DNA of 64,000 nucleotides, taken from the NCBI GenBank assembly GCA_003510435.1, contig DOMK01000010.1:41487-105486 (forward strand), given 5' to 3'. The notes below the pieces were generated by a model. It made no database searches and was not told the origin of the DNA. It worked only from the letters and a program-made list of their open reading frames with translations. The translations under genes and the position numbers were made by a program. This document shows, in pieces, positions 30,368-40,183 of this stretch. Within the stretch, counting starts at the first letter, position 1. The number at the start of each line of letters is the position of its first letter. The stretch is from Candidatus Magasanikiibacteriota bacterium (GTDB lineage Bacteria; Patescibacteriota; Patescibacteriia; Magasanikbacterales; UBA922).

Positions 30368-30859
30368 TCACCCTGTGGGGTTCGGGATTACGCGAAGATA
30401 TTTAACAAACGTAAACCCTTCGTGTTCTTCTCTCCACACCTCTTGCCAAATTGCTGGGTTGATTTCCGGAAAAAAAGTATCACCATCGACTTCCATATCT
30501 ACATGAGTAATGTACAGAGTATCTACACGGTCAATGGTTTGTTTATAAATACTAGCGCCACCACAGACAAATGCGTCTTCATCTTTTAATTCATTAAAAG
30601 CTTTGTCCAAATCAGTATAGATTCTTACTCCTTCTGGTGCTTTAAAATTTGGATCTTTGGTCAGAACCACGGTTTTTCTACCTGGCAATGGTTTTCCCAA
30701 ATATCCTATGATTGATTCAAATGTAGTTTGTCCCATTAAACAAGTTTTTCCTAGAGTAGTGGTTTTGAAATACTGAAAATCTTCCGGTATATTCCACGGA
30801 ATTTTGTTCTTAATACCTATACAGTTATTTTTAGCAACGGCAGCAATTAAACTAAACAT
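30368..30859 (-). CDS. folA: dihydrofolate reductase
   Basis: N-terminal IAAVAKNNCIGIKNKIPWNIPEDFQYFK. Confidence 0.8.
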   Translation of the reverse strand: MFSLIAAVAKNNCIGIKNKIPWNIPEDFQYFKTTTLGKTCLMGQTTFESIIGYLGKPLPGRKTVVLTKDPNFKAPEGVRIYTDLDKAFNELKDEDAFVCGGASIYKQTIDRVDTLYITHVDMEVDGDTFFPEINPAIWQEVWREEHEGFTFVKYLRVIPNPTG

Positions 30860-31003
30860 AAAATTTTAAAATAATTGTTCAATTTCTAATTTTTAATTCA
30901 CCTAATTTCTAATAAAATGTCCAAATTGTTTATTTGGTATTGGAAATTTTTTAGGTGAATTAGTCATTAGGTCAATTAGAAATTTGCAATTTTTTGAAAT
31001 AAA

Positions 31004-31888
31004 TTAAATCGCTATTGAGAATTTGATACTAGGGTAACTCTGATAATTAACTAGTTGGGTGTCTCCTGCTTGCCAATCAAAAATTGATTTAAAATTATCA
31101 GTAGCAATTTGAGGTAATGGATAAATGTTCGGATCACGTGTTAGTTGTTCTTTTATTCCTTCCATATGATTAGAATAAATATGAGTATCACCCAAGAAAC
31201 CAACTAAGCGTCCTTCTTTATAACCAGTTTCTTTGCATAGTAAATGTAATAGTAGAGCATAACTAGAAATATTAAAGGGAAGTCCAAGAGCTACATCAAC
31301 AGAGCGTTGATTCCACATCAGGTTTAATTTGTCACCAGTAATCGTAATTTGAAAATTGTAATGACAAGGTGGTAGAGCCATTTCTTGGAGTTTGCTCGGA
31401 TTCCAGGCCATGACGAGCATGCGTCTGTCAGTTGGATTAGTTTTTAAGGTTTCAACTAACTTTTTTAATTGGTCTACACCTTGTCCGATATAATCAGTTT
31501 GGTAATCAATATAATCAGCTCCAAAATGTCGCCATTGAAAACCATAAATTGGCCCTAGGTCGCGTTCTTCAGCCATTTTCTTTTTGGTGTTTTCATCATG
31601 AGCATAAGGAACTTTGAGCGGTGAACACCATTCATCCCAAATATGACAGTTCCGGTCTTTGAGCCATTGCTTATCAGTAATGCCCTTGATAAAGAATTCC
31701 AATTCTGTGGCCATAACTTTGAAAGGCATTTTTTTGGTTGTAAGTAGAGGAAAGCCTTTACTCATGTCGTGTTCAAACATTACTCCTGCCACACTCAAAA
31801 TACCTGTGCCTGTGCGGTCAGCTTTTTCTACGCCGTTTTCTAAGATGTGTTTTATGATGTTGAGGTATGATTGCATAATTCGATTCAT
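31004..31888 (-). CDS. thyA: thymidylate synthase
   Basis: LPPCH active-site motif; 294 aa. Confidence 0.9.
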   Translation of the reverse strand: MNRIMQSYLNIIKHILENGVEKADRTGTGILSVAGVMFEHDMSKGFPLLTTKKMPFKVMATELEFFIKGITDKQWLKDRNCHIWDEWCSPLKVPYAHDENTKKKMAEERDLGPIYGFQWRHFGADYIDYQTDYIGQGVDQLKKLVETLKTNPTDRRMLVMAWNPSKLQEMALPPCHYNFQITITGDKLNLMWNQRSVDVALGLPFNISSYALLLHLLCKETGYKEGRLVGFLGDTHIYSNHMEGIKEQLTRDPNIYPLPQIATDNFKSIFDWQAGDTQLVNYQSYPSIKFSIAI

Positions 31889-32021
31889 TCCGAGCGAAGT
31901 CGATTCGCATCGACTGACGAGGAATCTTTTTTAAAATAAATTTTTTTAATCGAAATTTTATTGTATTAAAAAATATGTGGTAAAAAAGATCCTTCACCCC
32001 TACGGGGTTCAGGATGAATTA

Positions 32022-32453
32022 TTAAAATTCCCCTGTACTTCCATGTTGTCCAGTACCACGAGAGCTAGTATCATCCAACTCTACCACTTCTTCCAATTGA
32101 GCTATGGCCACAGGATAAATAATTAGTTGAGCAATTTTTTGTCCTTTTTTAATAATAGCAGTTTCTTGACTAAGATTTATTAATAATACATTGTATTCGC
32201 CACGAAAACCAGAATCAAACACTCCACCCATAGTGTGTAGACCATATTTCATAGGCGGACCGCCTTTATCTTTTACAATCGCAGCAAATCCTGGTTCAAA
32301 TTCTAAAGCAAATCCCAAAGCAAATAATTTTCTTTCGCCAGATTTAATTTCCGCATCTTCCAGAGAAAACAAATCTAAACCAGCGTCTTCACCTGGATGG
32401 CCATAGACTGGAAGTTTTGCTTCTGGATTTAATTTTTTAAATTTGACTCGCAT
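32022..32453 (-). CDS. dut: dUTP diphosphatase
   Basis: dUTPase motifs (GLDL, GVFDSGFRGE, C-terminal GSTG). Confidence 0.75.
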   Translation of the reverse strand: MRVKFKKLNPEAKLPVYGHPGEDAGLDLFSLEDAEIKSGERKLFALGFALEFEPGFAAIVKDKGGPPMKYGLHTMGGVFDSGFRGEYNVLLINLSQETAIIKKGQKIAQLIIYPVAIAQLEEVVELDDTSSRGTGQHGSTGEF

Positions 32454-32472
32454 AGCATTGATTTAGACAGAT

Positions 32473-33033
32473 TCAAACAGATTTGTATTTAGCAACTAAT
32501 CCATCTAATTGTTCATATAAGTCCTCTAAATTGCCATTATTATCAATATGTTCAGTGGCTTCTTTGACAATATCGTTAATTGTTAATTCTGTAGATCGTT
32601 GGTGATCAGCGAGAAATTGTTCAAAAGTTTTGTTATTATCATCGCTTTTTTCTCCGCGTTTAGTCAGTCGCTCATAACGGATTTTTGGATCAGCCGAGAT
32701 TTCTACCAAAACAAAACCAGGCAAATTTTTTAAATATTTCACATCATTAGGACGGCGGACATTGGAAATAGAAATAATTTGGTGGGTATCATTTTTTATA
32801 TCCTCGGCTAGAGTTTTTGACATAATGTCATCACCAAATTTCTCTCGAATTGATTCAGAAACTTTGACATAGTTATCCCGATTTAGTTCCAAATAAAATC
32901 TTTTTAAAATATCGGCTAACATAAAACTAAAGCTGTGGTTTTTACCACCGTATTTTTGTTCTAGGTAAGCCCCAGCCGTGTCTTTACCACTAGCCATTTG
33001 GCCAACGAAACCAAAGATGATTTTCATAAACAC
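32473..33033 (-). CDS. P-loop nucleotide/nucleoside kinase (dNMP kinase-like)
   Basis: Walker A GQMASGKDT; sits inside the thymidylate module. Confidence 0.5.
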   Translation of the reverse strand: MFMKIIFGFVGQMASGKDTAGAYLEQKYGGKNHSFSFMLADILKRFYLELNRDNYVKVSESIREKFGDDIMSKTLAEDIKNDTHQIISISNVRRPNDVKYLKNLPGFVLVEISADPKIRYERLTKRGEKSDDNNKTFEQFLADHQRSTELTINDIVKEATEHIDNNGNLEDLYEQLDGLVAKYKSV

Positions 33034-33077
33034 TGATTATACAGATTATTTGATGATTTCACAGATGATTAAAAGGA

Positions 33078-33596
33078 TTAATTTGGATTTTTACTATTGG
33101 TATAGTCTGAAATATATTGTCTATATTTTACACCAGCAGAATCCAAAATTTTACGTGAAGCGATCCAGACTTTGTCGTCATGATATTTATCATTTTCAAA
33201 AATTATTTCTTTTATACCATTTTGGACAATTGCTTTGGCGCATTCATTGCAAGGGAATAGAGTACAATAAATTTTACAGTCATGTGGTTGTTTGCTGGAA
33301 TTATAAATAGCATTTTCTTCAGCATGACAAACATAGGCGTATTTGGTATCCAAAAAATCTCCTTCTCTGTCCCAAGAAAAAGAAGAATCATCTGCACCGC
33401 GAGGAAAACCATTGTAACCTAGTCCAATAACAATATTATTTTTATCAGCGATTACTGCCCCAGCTTGGGTAGAAGGATCTTTTGATCTTTCGGCGATTAC
33501 ATGAGACATACGCATAAAGCATTCATCCCAAGAAATATAGTTTTCACGAGCTTTTTCCATATATTTATAATTGTTAAGTAAGTGGTATTTTAGCAA
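33078..33596 (-). CDS. dCMP deaminase (CMP/dCMP deaminase zinc-binding)
   Basis: HAEENAI and PCNECAKAI motifs. Confidence 0.8.
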   Translation of the reverse strand: MLKYHLLNNYKYMEKARENYISWDECFMRMSHVIAERSKDPSTQAGAVIADKNNIVIGLGYNGFPRGADDSSFSWDREGDFLDTKYAYVCHAEENAIYNSSKQPHDCKIYCTLFPCNECAKAIVQNGIKEIIFENDKYHDDKVWIASRKILDSAGVKYRQYISDYTNSKNPN

Positions 33597-33635
33597 ATAT
33601 TGTCTATTATCGCAAGTACAAAAAAATCGCTGTTT

Positions 33636-34724
33636 TTAGCGATTTTTTATGGTTATTTTACCAGTCATGGCATCCATTTCAATTTCATCACCATCTTTCA
33701 AATCAACTAATACATTTTTTACACCCACAATACAGGGTATTTTCATTTCTCGACTCACAATGGCCGCATGAGACAGAATATTTCCTTCTTCAGTAATAAT
33801 GCCACTAGCTTTTTTCATAAGTGGTACATAGTCAATCATAGTCATACGGCAGACTAGAATATCTTTATCTCCAAAAATAGTATTGGTTGGATCTAAAACA
33901 ATTTTTACTTTGCCACTAGCTATTCCAGGGCTAGCACAAATACCAGTTAATTTAATATTTTGTTCGGGAAGTTTATAATCAACATCACCAATCATGTCTG
34001 GGATCAGTCTGTTATAATCCACGAACATTTTTCTATTGCCTGGCCAGATAATATATTCAAAATAGCCTTGTAAATAATCCACGTTGGTAAATTTAGCATT
34101 AAGATTGGTTTTTAACAAATTTTGTTTGTCTTTTGGAATATGCAAAAAATCTAACATCGTTTTTATCATGTCAGCTACGGGTTCATCTGGTTTAGAAAGA
34201 ACTAGTTTATTCCAATCATACAAAAAAGAAATTGGTTCGGCCGAAAAAAAGCCTTGAGTCAATTGCCAGTGTCCGCCAGCGACAAATTCACCAATAATAC
34301 CTTTGTCTGAAATTATAAAAGTCGCTGAATATTTTGTTTCATCACTATGGGGTACAACCTCGACTTTATAATCATCCGGATTAATATCAAGAGTATTAAA
34401 CCAGTTGCCCAAATATTCATTTAGAGTTTTGCCTCGTTGACGTAATTTTGGTAAACCAGATTTGGTTGGGACTAATCTTAGGGCACAAAGTTCATTGCCT
34501 TTGCGATTGATAATGTCTTGAAATAGAGGAGTACAATCTACAATATCACGCGCTGTCATTCTCTCTGGACGATCATAAGGAATATTATAATTTTGAAATA
34601 AAAATTCCAAGCGGTCGCGCTTGGTATTATCTTCCTGTCTAAACTCATTAGTTTTGTTATAGCCAATTGCTTCAAACCATTCAGTAAAAGACGGCATGGT
34701 ATTGTTTATTTCTGTGATGGGCAT
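33636..34724 (-). CDS. PEP-utilising enzyme family protein (mobile phosphohistidine domain)
   Basis: C-terminal GIITEEGNILSHAAIVSREMKIPCIVG matches the PEP-utilisers signature. Confidence 0.6.
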   Translation of the reverse strand: MPITEINNTMPSFTEWFEAIGYNKTNEFRQEDNTKRDRLEFLFQNYNIPYDRPERMTARDIVDCTPLFQDIINRKGNELCALRLVPTKSGLPKLRQRGKTLNEYLGNWFNTLDINPDDYKVEVVPHSDETKYSATFIISDKGIIGEFVAGGHWQLTQGFFSAEPISFLYDWNKLVLSKPDEPVADMIKTMLDFLHIPKDKQNLLKTNLNAKFTNVDYLQGYFEYIIWPGNRKMFVDYNRLIPDMIGDVDYKLPEQNIKLTGICASPGIASGKVKIVLDPTNTIFGDKDILVCRMTMIDYVPLMKKASGIITEEGNILSHAAIVSREMKIPCIVGVKNVLVDLKDGDEIEMDAMTGKITIKNR

Positions 34725-34725
34725 T

Positions 34726-35742
34726 TTATTTATTTATTTTATATCTATTTTGTTTAACAGCGTTAATAATTTTTTTGGCCACGGAAATAGTATAAGCTGG
34801 ACGATTGCCCACGTCAGTTTCTTTACATAAGATTATACCATTGATACCATCCAAAACCATATTGGTCAAATCAAGTATTTCTGATTTGTGAGGAATAAAA
34901 TTATCAATTGTACTTTCTAAAATTTGCGTGGAAATAAAAACTTGTTTTTTATTTTCTCTAACTTTTTGGGTAATTAATTTTTGGGTAATACCAATTTGTT
35001 CAAATGGAGTATTAACCCCCAATTTACCTCGGTCAATTAGAATGGCATCAAAGATCGTTTCTTTGCATATTGTATCTATATCATCTATGGCTTCTTTGTT
35101 GCCAATTTTGAGCATGATTTTTTCTTTGAATTCATTTTCAGTTATTAATTTGTAAATTTTTTCTTGAGTTTTTTTATTTATATAAGGAAGAGCTAAATAA
35201 TCAATTTTTATTGTTTTAATTTTTTTAATTTCTTCTTCAATCGCTTTTAAATATTTATCCTCATTAACCATGAGATTGAAGCTACACATGGAGTAGATTG
35301 TTCCTTTGTTAAGGGCAATAGCTTTTATAGTCCCAGTGTCAATTATTTCAATGACTTCTACAGAAACTTCACCATTGGCAATAGTAATCATTTGGTTTAC
35401 TGTGACGTCCCCACCGAGTTTTTCAGCCACAACTGGGATGAAATTTTTACAAGATATAGAATTGGAAGCGGATTTGAATATTAGTTCTTCGCCTTCTTTT
35501 ACTTCAATTTTAAATTCATCAAAACTACCCAATCTAGTTTTATTACTGGGTAAATCAACTAAAATTTTGGTTGAAGAATTTAGACTGTCAATTATTTTTT
35601 GGGCTTCCAAAATATTTTTTATGTTTTCGTCAGTAATTTGATAGCCAAGATTGTATCTAATTATATCAGCTCCAGCCAAAATAATTTTTCTAACCTTATT
35701 TTCTGAAAAAGAATTTGGATTAACACTGGCAATGATTTTCAT
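34726..35742 (-). CDS. pyruvate kinase-like barrel domain protein (no C-terminal regulatory domain)
   Basis: Alignable to the PK barrel: KIIASVNP, ILAGADIIRYN, ILVDLPSNKTRLG, ATQILES...VLDGINGIIL. Confidence 0.5.
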   Translation of the reverse strand: MKIIASVNPNSFSENKVRKIILAGADIIRYNLGYQITDENIKNILEAQKIIDSLNSSTKILVDLPSNKTRLGSFDEFKIEVKEGEELIFKSASNSISCKNFIPVVAEKLGGDVTVNQMITIANGEVSVEVIEIIDTGTIKAIALNKGTIYSMCSFNLMVNEDKYLKAIEEEIKKIKTIKIDYLALPYINKKTQEKIYKLITENEFKEKIMLKIGNKEAIDDIDTICKETIFDAILIDRGKLGVNTPFEQIGITQKLITQKVRENKKQVFISTQILESTIDNFIPHKSEILDLTNMVLDGINGIILCKETDVGNRPAYTISVAKKIINAVKQNRYKINK

Positions 35743-35785
35743 ATTAAATAAAAAACACCACTCCTAAGAGAGTGGTGTTTTGAAG

Positions 35786-36463
35786 TTAAATTATTTCTAC
35801 TTTTACACTTGGGCCCATACTACTAGTCATAAAGATTGACTTGAGATAGGTGCCTTTGGCAGAATTTGGTTTGACTTTTTTTATGGCATCGAGTAAAGTT
35901 TCAAAATTTTCTTTTAATTTTTGATTATCAAAACTTACTTTGCCGATCACTTGGTGAACGATTGCACCATCATCAATTTTAAAAGTGGCTTTGCCTTTTT
36001 TGAGTTCGCCAATCATTTTTTTCAAATCAGTACTAACCGTATCAGTCTTTGGATTTGGCATCAAACCTTTTGGTCCCAAGACTTTAGCAGCAACGGCTAG
36101 CTTAGGCATCATTTCTGGGGTAGAGACGGCAATGTCAAATTCTATTTTGCCAGTATCTTTTATTTTTTTAATATCAGACTCACCATAAACGAAATCGGCG
36201 CCAGCTTCTTTGGCTGTCTTTTCATCATTGGCACCAACGAAAGCAGCTACAGTTTTGGTTTTGCCTGTGCCATGTGGTAGGACAACAGTGGAACGAATTT
36301 GTTGATCACCTTTTTTTGGATCAACACCTAGTTTAATGTGCAATTCAACCGAAGCGTCGAATTTTACATTGCTAGTTTGTTTGACCAAATTAATAGCTTC
36401 ATCCAAGCTGTAGACCTTGGTCTGGTCGATTTTTCCTTTTAGTTCTGTCATTCTTTTTGACAT
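35786..36463 (-). CDS. rplA: 50S ribosomal protein L1
   Basis: L1 family sequence throughout. Confidence 0.9.
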   Translation of the reverse strand: MSKRMTELKGKIDQTKVYSLDEAINLVKQTSNVKFDASVELHIKLGVDPKKGDQQIRSTVVLPHGTGKTKTVAAFVGANDEKTAKEAGADFVYGESDIKKIKDTGKIEFDIAVSTPEMMPKLAVAAKVLGPKGLMPNPKTDTVSTDLKKMIGELKKGKATFKIDDGAIVHQVIGKVSFDNQKLKENFETLLDAIKKVKPNSAKGTYLKSIFMTSSMGPSVKVEII

Positions 36464-36618
36464 AGATATTACTGATATCCAGATAATCCGGATCTACGGA
36501 TTATAAAGGATATAATGTGGTTCTTGCGCCTCAAGTGATTGGGGCTCCCACTTAATTATAAGTAAGTTCGAGAGTATTTATACCTGATTTTGAAAAAAAA
36601 GTCAAGAGGAGGCTGTTT

Positions 36619-37434
36619 TTAACGTCCGTCAGTCCAAATTCTAGTGCAGTTTCGACTTCTGTCTTTAGCATTGAAATAGTCTGGACATTTTTTGCTTAGA
36701 TTGTTATTAGGATAACAGACCACCTCACCATTTTGATTGTATAGGATACTAAAATAATCAGGGCTACCATTGGATTCATAATAAACCACGGTTTCACCAT
36801 ATTGGCACTGATCAATAAAGGTTTTTGGTGTTTTAGGAGATTCAGTTTGAATAAAGGAAGTTACCAATTCTAACCAATCAGGAATTTTTATTTTTTCTTT
36901 TATAAAGTTAGTTGGAGTTCCTGTTGAGGTGTTGTTAGTTACTGCGTCATTTGTAGCTTGGGTTTCTACGCACACACCTTTAAAAGCAACTTTTACTTTA
37001 TTTACACTGGCAATACAGTCATTGGAATAAGTAATTTTGTCTTCGCCACAAACTGGATCATAATTTTGGGCGCAAACTACTACAGCTTCAGTTTTTCCGT
37101 TTTCATTTTGAAAAGTTTTAGCACCATTTCCTGGGGCACATTTACCATTCATAAAATCTTCGGCCAGACATTCGGTCGTGTCAGAAAAACGACAATAGAT
37201 TTGTGAACTTTCTGTTGTTTCATCATAACGAACAATCACTTCATAATTTTTATTTTCACAAAAATCATAACTATCAGTTCTAGTATCGCGCATAACTGGT
37301 TGTTTTTTTATTAATTGTTTTGTACTGGTAGAGGAAGTTGATTGTTTTCCGGTTGGACTGGTTTGTCCGCAACCAGAAATTATTAAAACAAAAGTAATAA
37401 TAATTCCAGTAGTGAGTAGAGTAGATCTAGACAT
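36619..37434 (-). CDS. lipoprotein with Kazal-type inhibitor-like domain
   Basis: Lipobox ISGCG; CAQNYDPVCGEDKITYSNDCIA Kazal signature; Cys-rich. Confidence 0.55.
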   Translation of the reverse strand: MSRSTLLTTGIIITFVLIISGCGQTSPTGKQSTSSTSTKQLIKKQPVMRDTRTDSYDFCENKNYEVIVRYDETTESSQIYCRFSDTTECLAEDFMNGKCAPGNGAKTFQNENGKTEAVVVCAQNYDPVCGEDKITYSNDCIASVNKVKVAFKGVCVETQATNDAVTNNTSTGTPTNFIKEKIKIPDWLELVTSFIQTESPKTPKTFIDQCQYGETVVYYESNGSPDYFSILYNQNGEVVCYPNNNLSKKCPDYFNAKDRSRNCTRIWTDGR

Positions 37435-37436
37435 AA

Positions 37437-38453
37437 TTATTTTTTTCTTGGTTTAGTAACATCATTTTGCGTTTCGCCCTTAGAAAAAGCTTTTACATTG
37501 GCAATGCTGGTGTCAATAATTCTTTTGATGGCCTCAGTGGTGTTGAAGGCATTGTGCGGAGTGACGATTGTGTTTGGGTGATCAATAATAATATTTTCCA
37601 TCAAACTATCTTTAACATCTTGAGCCTGACAATTTTGTTCAAATAAAAATTCTGGATGACTTATATAGCGCTCTTCTTCCAGTACATCTATGCCGGCAGA
37701 AGCTATATGACCTGTCTCTAAACCCCAGACCAAGGCTTCTGGTTCAATCAATCCACCGCGTGAAGTATTAATAATAATTACACCGGGTTTCATTTTTTTA
37801 ATATTGCGTTTATTTATCATGTGAGTTGTTTGGGGAAGTAGAGGAACATGAAGGGAAACAATATCTGATTCGGCTAGTAGTTTATTCAAAGATACATATT
37901 TAAAATTTAATTCTTTAGCCAGTTTTGTGTTTGGAAAGGGATCATAGGCAATAATATTAACATCAAAACCAGATAACATCTTAATCATATAATAACCAAT
38001 ATGACCGGTGCCAACAATGCCAACCGTTTTATCTTTTAGATCAAAACCACATAAGCCGTGATAATCAAAATTTCCTTCCTTTACACGTTTTGTAGAAGCA
38101 AAGATTTTTTTTGATATAGCTAGTATCAATGCCATGGCATGTTGAGCCACAGTATTTTCCCCATAGGTTGGTACATTGCAAATCGGAATTTTTCTTTTTT
38201 TGGCTTCTTTTAAATCAACGTGGTCGTAGCCAGTAGAAAAAGTTGCAATCATTTTCAAATTTGGTAATTTTTGAAAGACTTTTTTATCAATTTTGGCTTC
38301 CACAAAAATTCCTAAAATTTCAGTTTTTGAATCAAGCTTTTCCAACTCAAAAGGTTTGTCAGAAATAGTCAGGTTAAAACCAGACATTTTGTTTCTGGTA
38401 TAGGTTTTTAGATCTGGCAGAATATTATAAAAAGCACAGTTTAGTTTTTTCAT
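37437..38453 (-). CDS. D-isomer-specific 2-hydroxyacid dehydrogenase
   Basis: NAD-binding GIVGTGHIGY; catalytic His region. Confidence 0.8.
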   Translation of the reverse strand: MKKLNCAFYNILPDLKTYTRNKMSGFNLTISDKPFELEKLDSKTEILGIFVEAKIDKKVFQKLPNLKMIATFSTGYDHVDLKEAKKRKIPICNVPTYGENTVAQHAMALILAISKKIFASTKRVKEGNFDYHGLCGFDLKDKTVGIVGTGHIGYYMIKMLSGFDVNIIAYDPFPNTKLAKELNFKYVSLNKLLAESDIVSLHVPLLPQTTHMINKRNIKKMKPGVIIINTSRGGLIEPEALVWGLETGHIASAGIDVLEEERYISHPEFLFEQNCQAQDVKDSLMENIIIDHPNTIVTPHNAFNTTEAIKRIIDTSIANVKAFSKGETQNDVTKPRKK

Positions 38454-38458
38454 AAAAA

Positions 38459-38546
38459 AGCTTACAATGCCAACAAGGCTTACTAGGGCTTACCAGGCTT
38501 TGTTAGCATTGTGAGCTTTGCAAGCCTTGTAAGCTTTGCAATTATA
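38459..38546. repeat. repeat family E (GCTTACAAGGCTTAC / AAGCCTTGTAAGC)
   Basis: Copies at 814-853, 1795-1832, 38459-38546, 40044-40113, each just upstream of a gene start. Confidence 0.6.
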
Positions 38547-38571
38547 TCAAATATTAGCCAATAAAAAAAGC

Positions 38572-38605
38572 CCTGAATATTTCAGAGCTTAATTTTTAGT
38601 TTTTA
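38572..38605 (-). terminator. rho-independent terminator after rplK
   Basis: Minus-sense AAGCTCTGAAATATTCAGGGCTT hairpin followed by TTTTTTT. Confidence 0.65.
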
Positions 38606-38610
38606 TTGTT

Positions 38611-39036
38611 TTAGCCTTCAATCGTAATTCCCATTTGTCTGGCTGTACCCTCAATAATCTTCATGGCACCTTCTATATCATTGGCATTCAAGTCTGGCAT
38701 TTTCTTTTCGGCAATTTCTCTAACTTGAGCTTTGGTCAATTTACCAACCTTGTCTTTCAAAGGGTTGCTTGAACCTTTGGCTAAGCCAGCGGCTTTTTTT
38801 ACCAAAGCGCTAGCGGGGGCAACCTTCATGATAAAACTAAATGTTCTATCTTCGTAAACATTGATAATGACAGGAACGATTTCGCCTTTTTTATCAGCTG
38901 TTTTAGCATTGAAGTCTGCACAAAAAGCTTGGATATTTAGACCATGTTGACCAAGAGCTGGACCGACTGGAGGAGCAGGGTTAGCAGCGCCACCAGGAAT
39001 TTGTAATTTGATTTGAGTAACTAATTTTTTTGCCAT
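38611..39036 (-). CDS. rplK: 50S ribosomal protein L11
   Basis: PPVGPALG motif. Confidence 0.9.
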   Translation of the reverse strand: MAKKLVTQIKLQIPGGAANPAPPVGPALGQHGLNIQAFCADFNAKTADKKGEIVPVIINVYEDRTFSFIMKVAPASALVKKAAGLAKGSSNPLKDKVGKLTKAQVREIAEKKMPDLNANDIEGAMKIIEGTARQMGITIEG

Positions 39037-39152
39037 ATTAACATTGATTACACTGATTAAAATTGATTACACTGATTTTAGACAGAAGCGTTTGATTATT
39101 ATTGGTTTCAATCTGTGAAATCTTTAATAATCAGTCTAAATCAATGTTATAT
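39037..39152. repeat. family A MITE-like element between rplK start and nusG end
   Basis: AACATTGATTACACTGATT (x2, tandem) ... AATCAGTCTAAATCAATGTT terminal inverted repeats. Confidence 0.7.
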
Positions 39153-39692
39153 TTTCTTTATTTGTAAGGCATCCAATTCGACTGGGGTCTCACGGCCAAA
39201 CATACTAACCAAGACTTTTACTTTACCACGAGCTTCGTCAACATTACTGACCTTGCCCTCAAAGTTTTTGAATGGACCATCAGTAATTCTAACTGTTTCA
39301 TCAATTTCTACATCAATTTTGTGAGTTGGCTCATCTACACCCATACGTTTTTGTAAAGCATCCATTTCTTTTGGATCAATTGGGGTTGGGGTAGTACCAG
39401 AACCAATAAAACCAGTGACGTTTGGAGTATTTCTAACCACATACCAAGAATCATCAGTTACGATCATCTCTACTAATACATAGCCAGGAAAAACTTTTTC
39501 TTCAATTGTAGTTCGTTTGCTGTTTTTAATTTTAATCTTTTTTTCTTTTGGCACCAGGACATTAAAAATTTTGTCTTGCATGTCAAAAGATTCTATCCGT
39601 TGTTCTAGATTGTGTTTTACATTTTCTTCATAGCCACTATAAGTATGAAGTACATACCAACGGCGACCAAGTTGTAACGTTTGTTTAGCCAT
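39147..39692 (-). CDS. nusG: transcription termination/antitermination factor NusG
   Basis: NGN domain (WYVLHTYSGYE) plus KOW. Confidence 0.9.
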   Translation of the reverse strand: MAKQTLQLGRRWYVLHTYSGYEENVKHNLEQRIESFDMQDKIFNVLVPKEKKIKIKNSKRTTIEEKVFPGYVLVEMIVTDDSWYVVRNTPNVTGFIGSGTTPTPIDPKEMDALQKRMGVDEPTHKIDVEIDETVRITDGPFKNFEGKVSNVDEARGKVKVLVSMFGRETPVELDALQIKKI

Positions 39693-39853
39693 AGTTTTTT
39701 ATTCCGAGCGAATGCGAGGAATCCCTTTTTAATGCACAGAAATTTGCATTAAATTAGATTAATTTTAAGCATTTTTATATGCTTGAAAAGGGATCCCTCA
39801 CTCACCTTCGTCCGTCAGCTGACGGACTACGGCGGGTTCGGGATTAAGTTGAA

Positions 39854-40039
39854 TTACTTAATAAAAATTCCTAAACCAAGATTAAAGATGTAGTCTAGAA
39901 CACCAAAAAAAACTGCAATACCAATACTCATACCAACAACAATTAAGCTGTAGGTGGTAGTTTGCTTTTTGGTTGGCCAGACGACTTTTTTCATTTCTGA
40001 AATAGAACCTTTAAAATAGTCTTTGATTTTTTCTAACAT
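39854..40039 (-). CDS. secE: preprotein translocase subunit SecE
   Basis: 61 aa single-TM protein immediately upstream of nusG. Confidence 0.7.
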   Translation of the reverse strand: MLEKIKDYFKGSISEMKKVVWPTKKQTTTYSLIVVGMSIGIAVFFGVLDYIFNLGLGIFIK

Positions 40040-40183
40040 ATAAAATGCTTATAATGCTTACGAGGCTCACTAGGCTTGGGTAAGCCTTGTCTGCCTTGTC
40101 GGCTTTGTTAGCCTTTATTTTGAAGTATCTAAAAACGGCCTTGAGCCGATTTAGTAATAATATACTAGATTAGCGTGATTTTG

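Noticed and set aside
39115-39324. 69 aa ORF starting inside the family A repeat
   Set aside because: GTG-started ORF antisense to the nusG 3' end. Low-complexity translation. The repeat end here is the distal TIR, not a leader.
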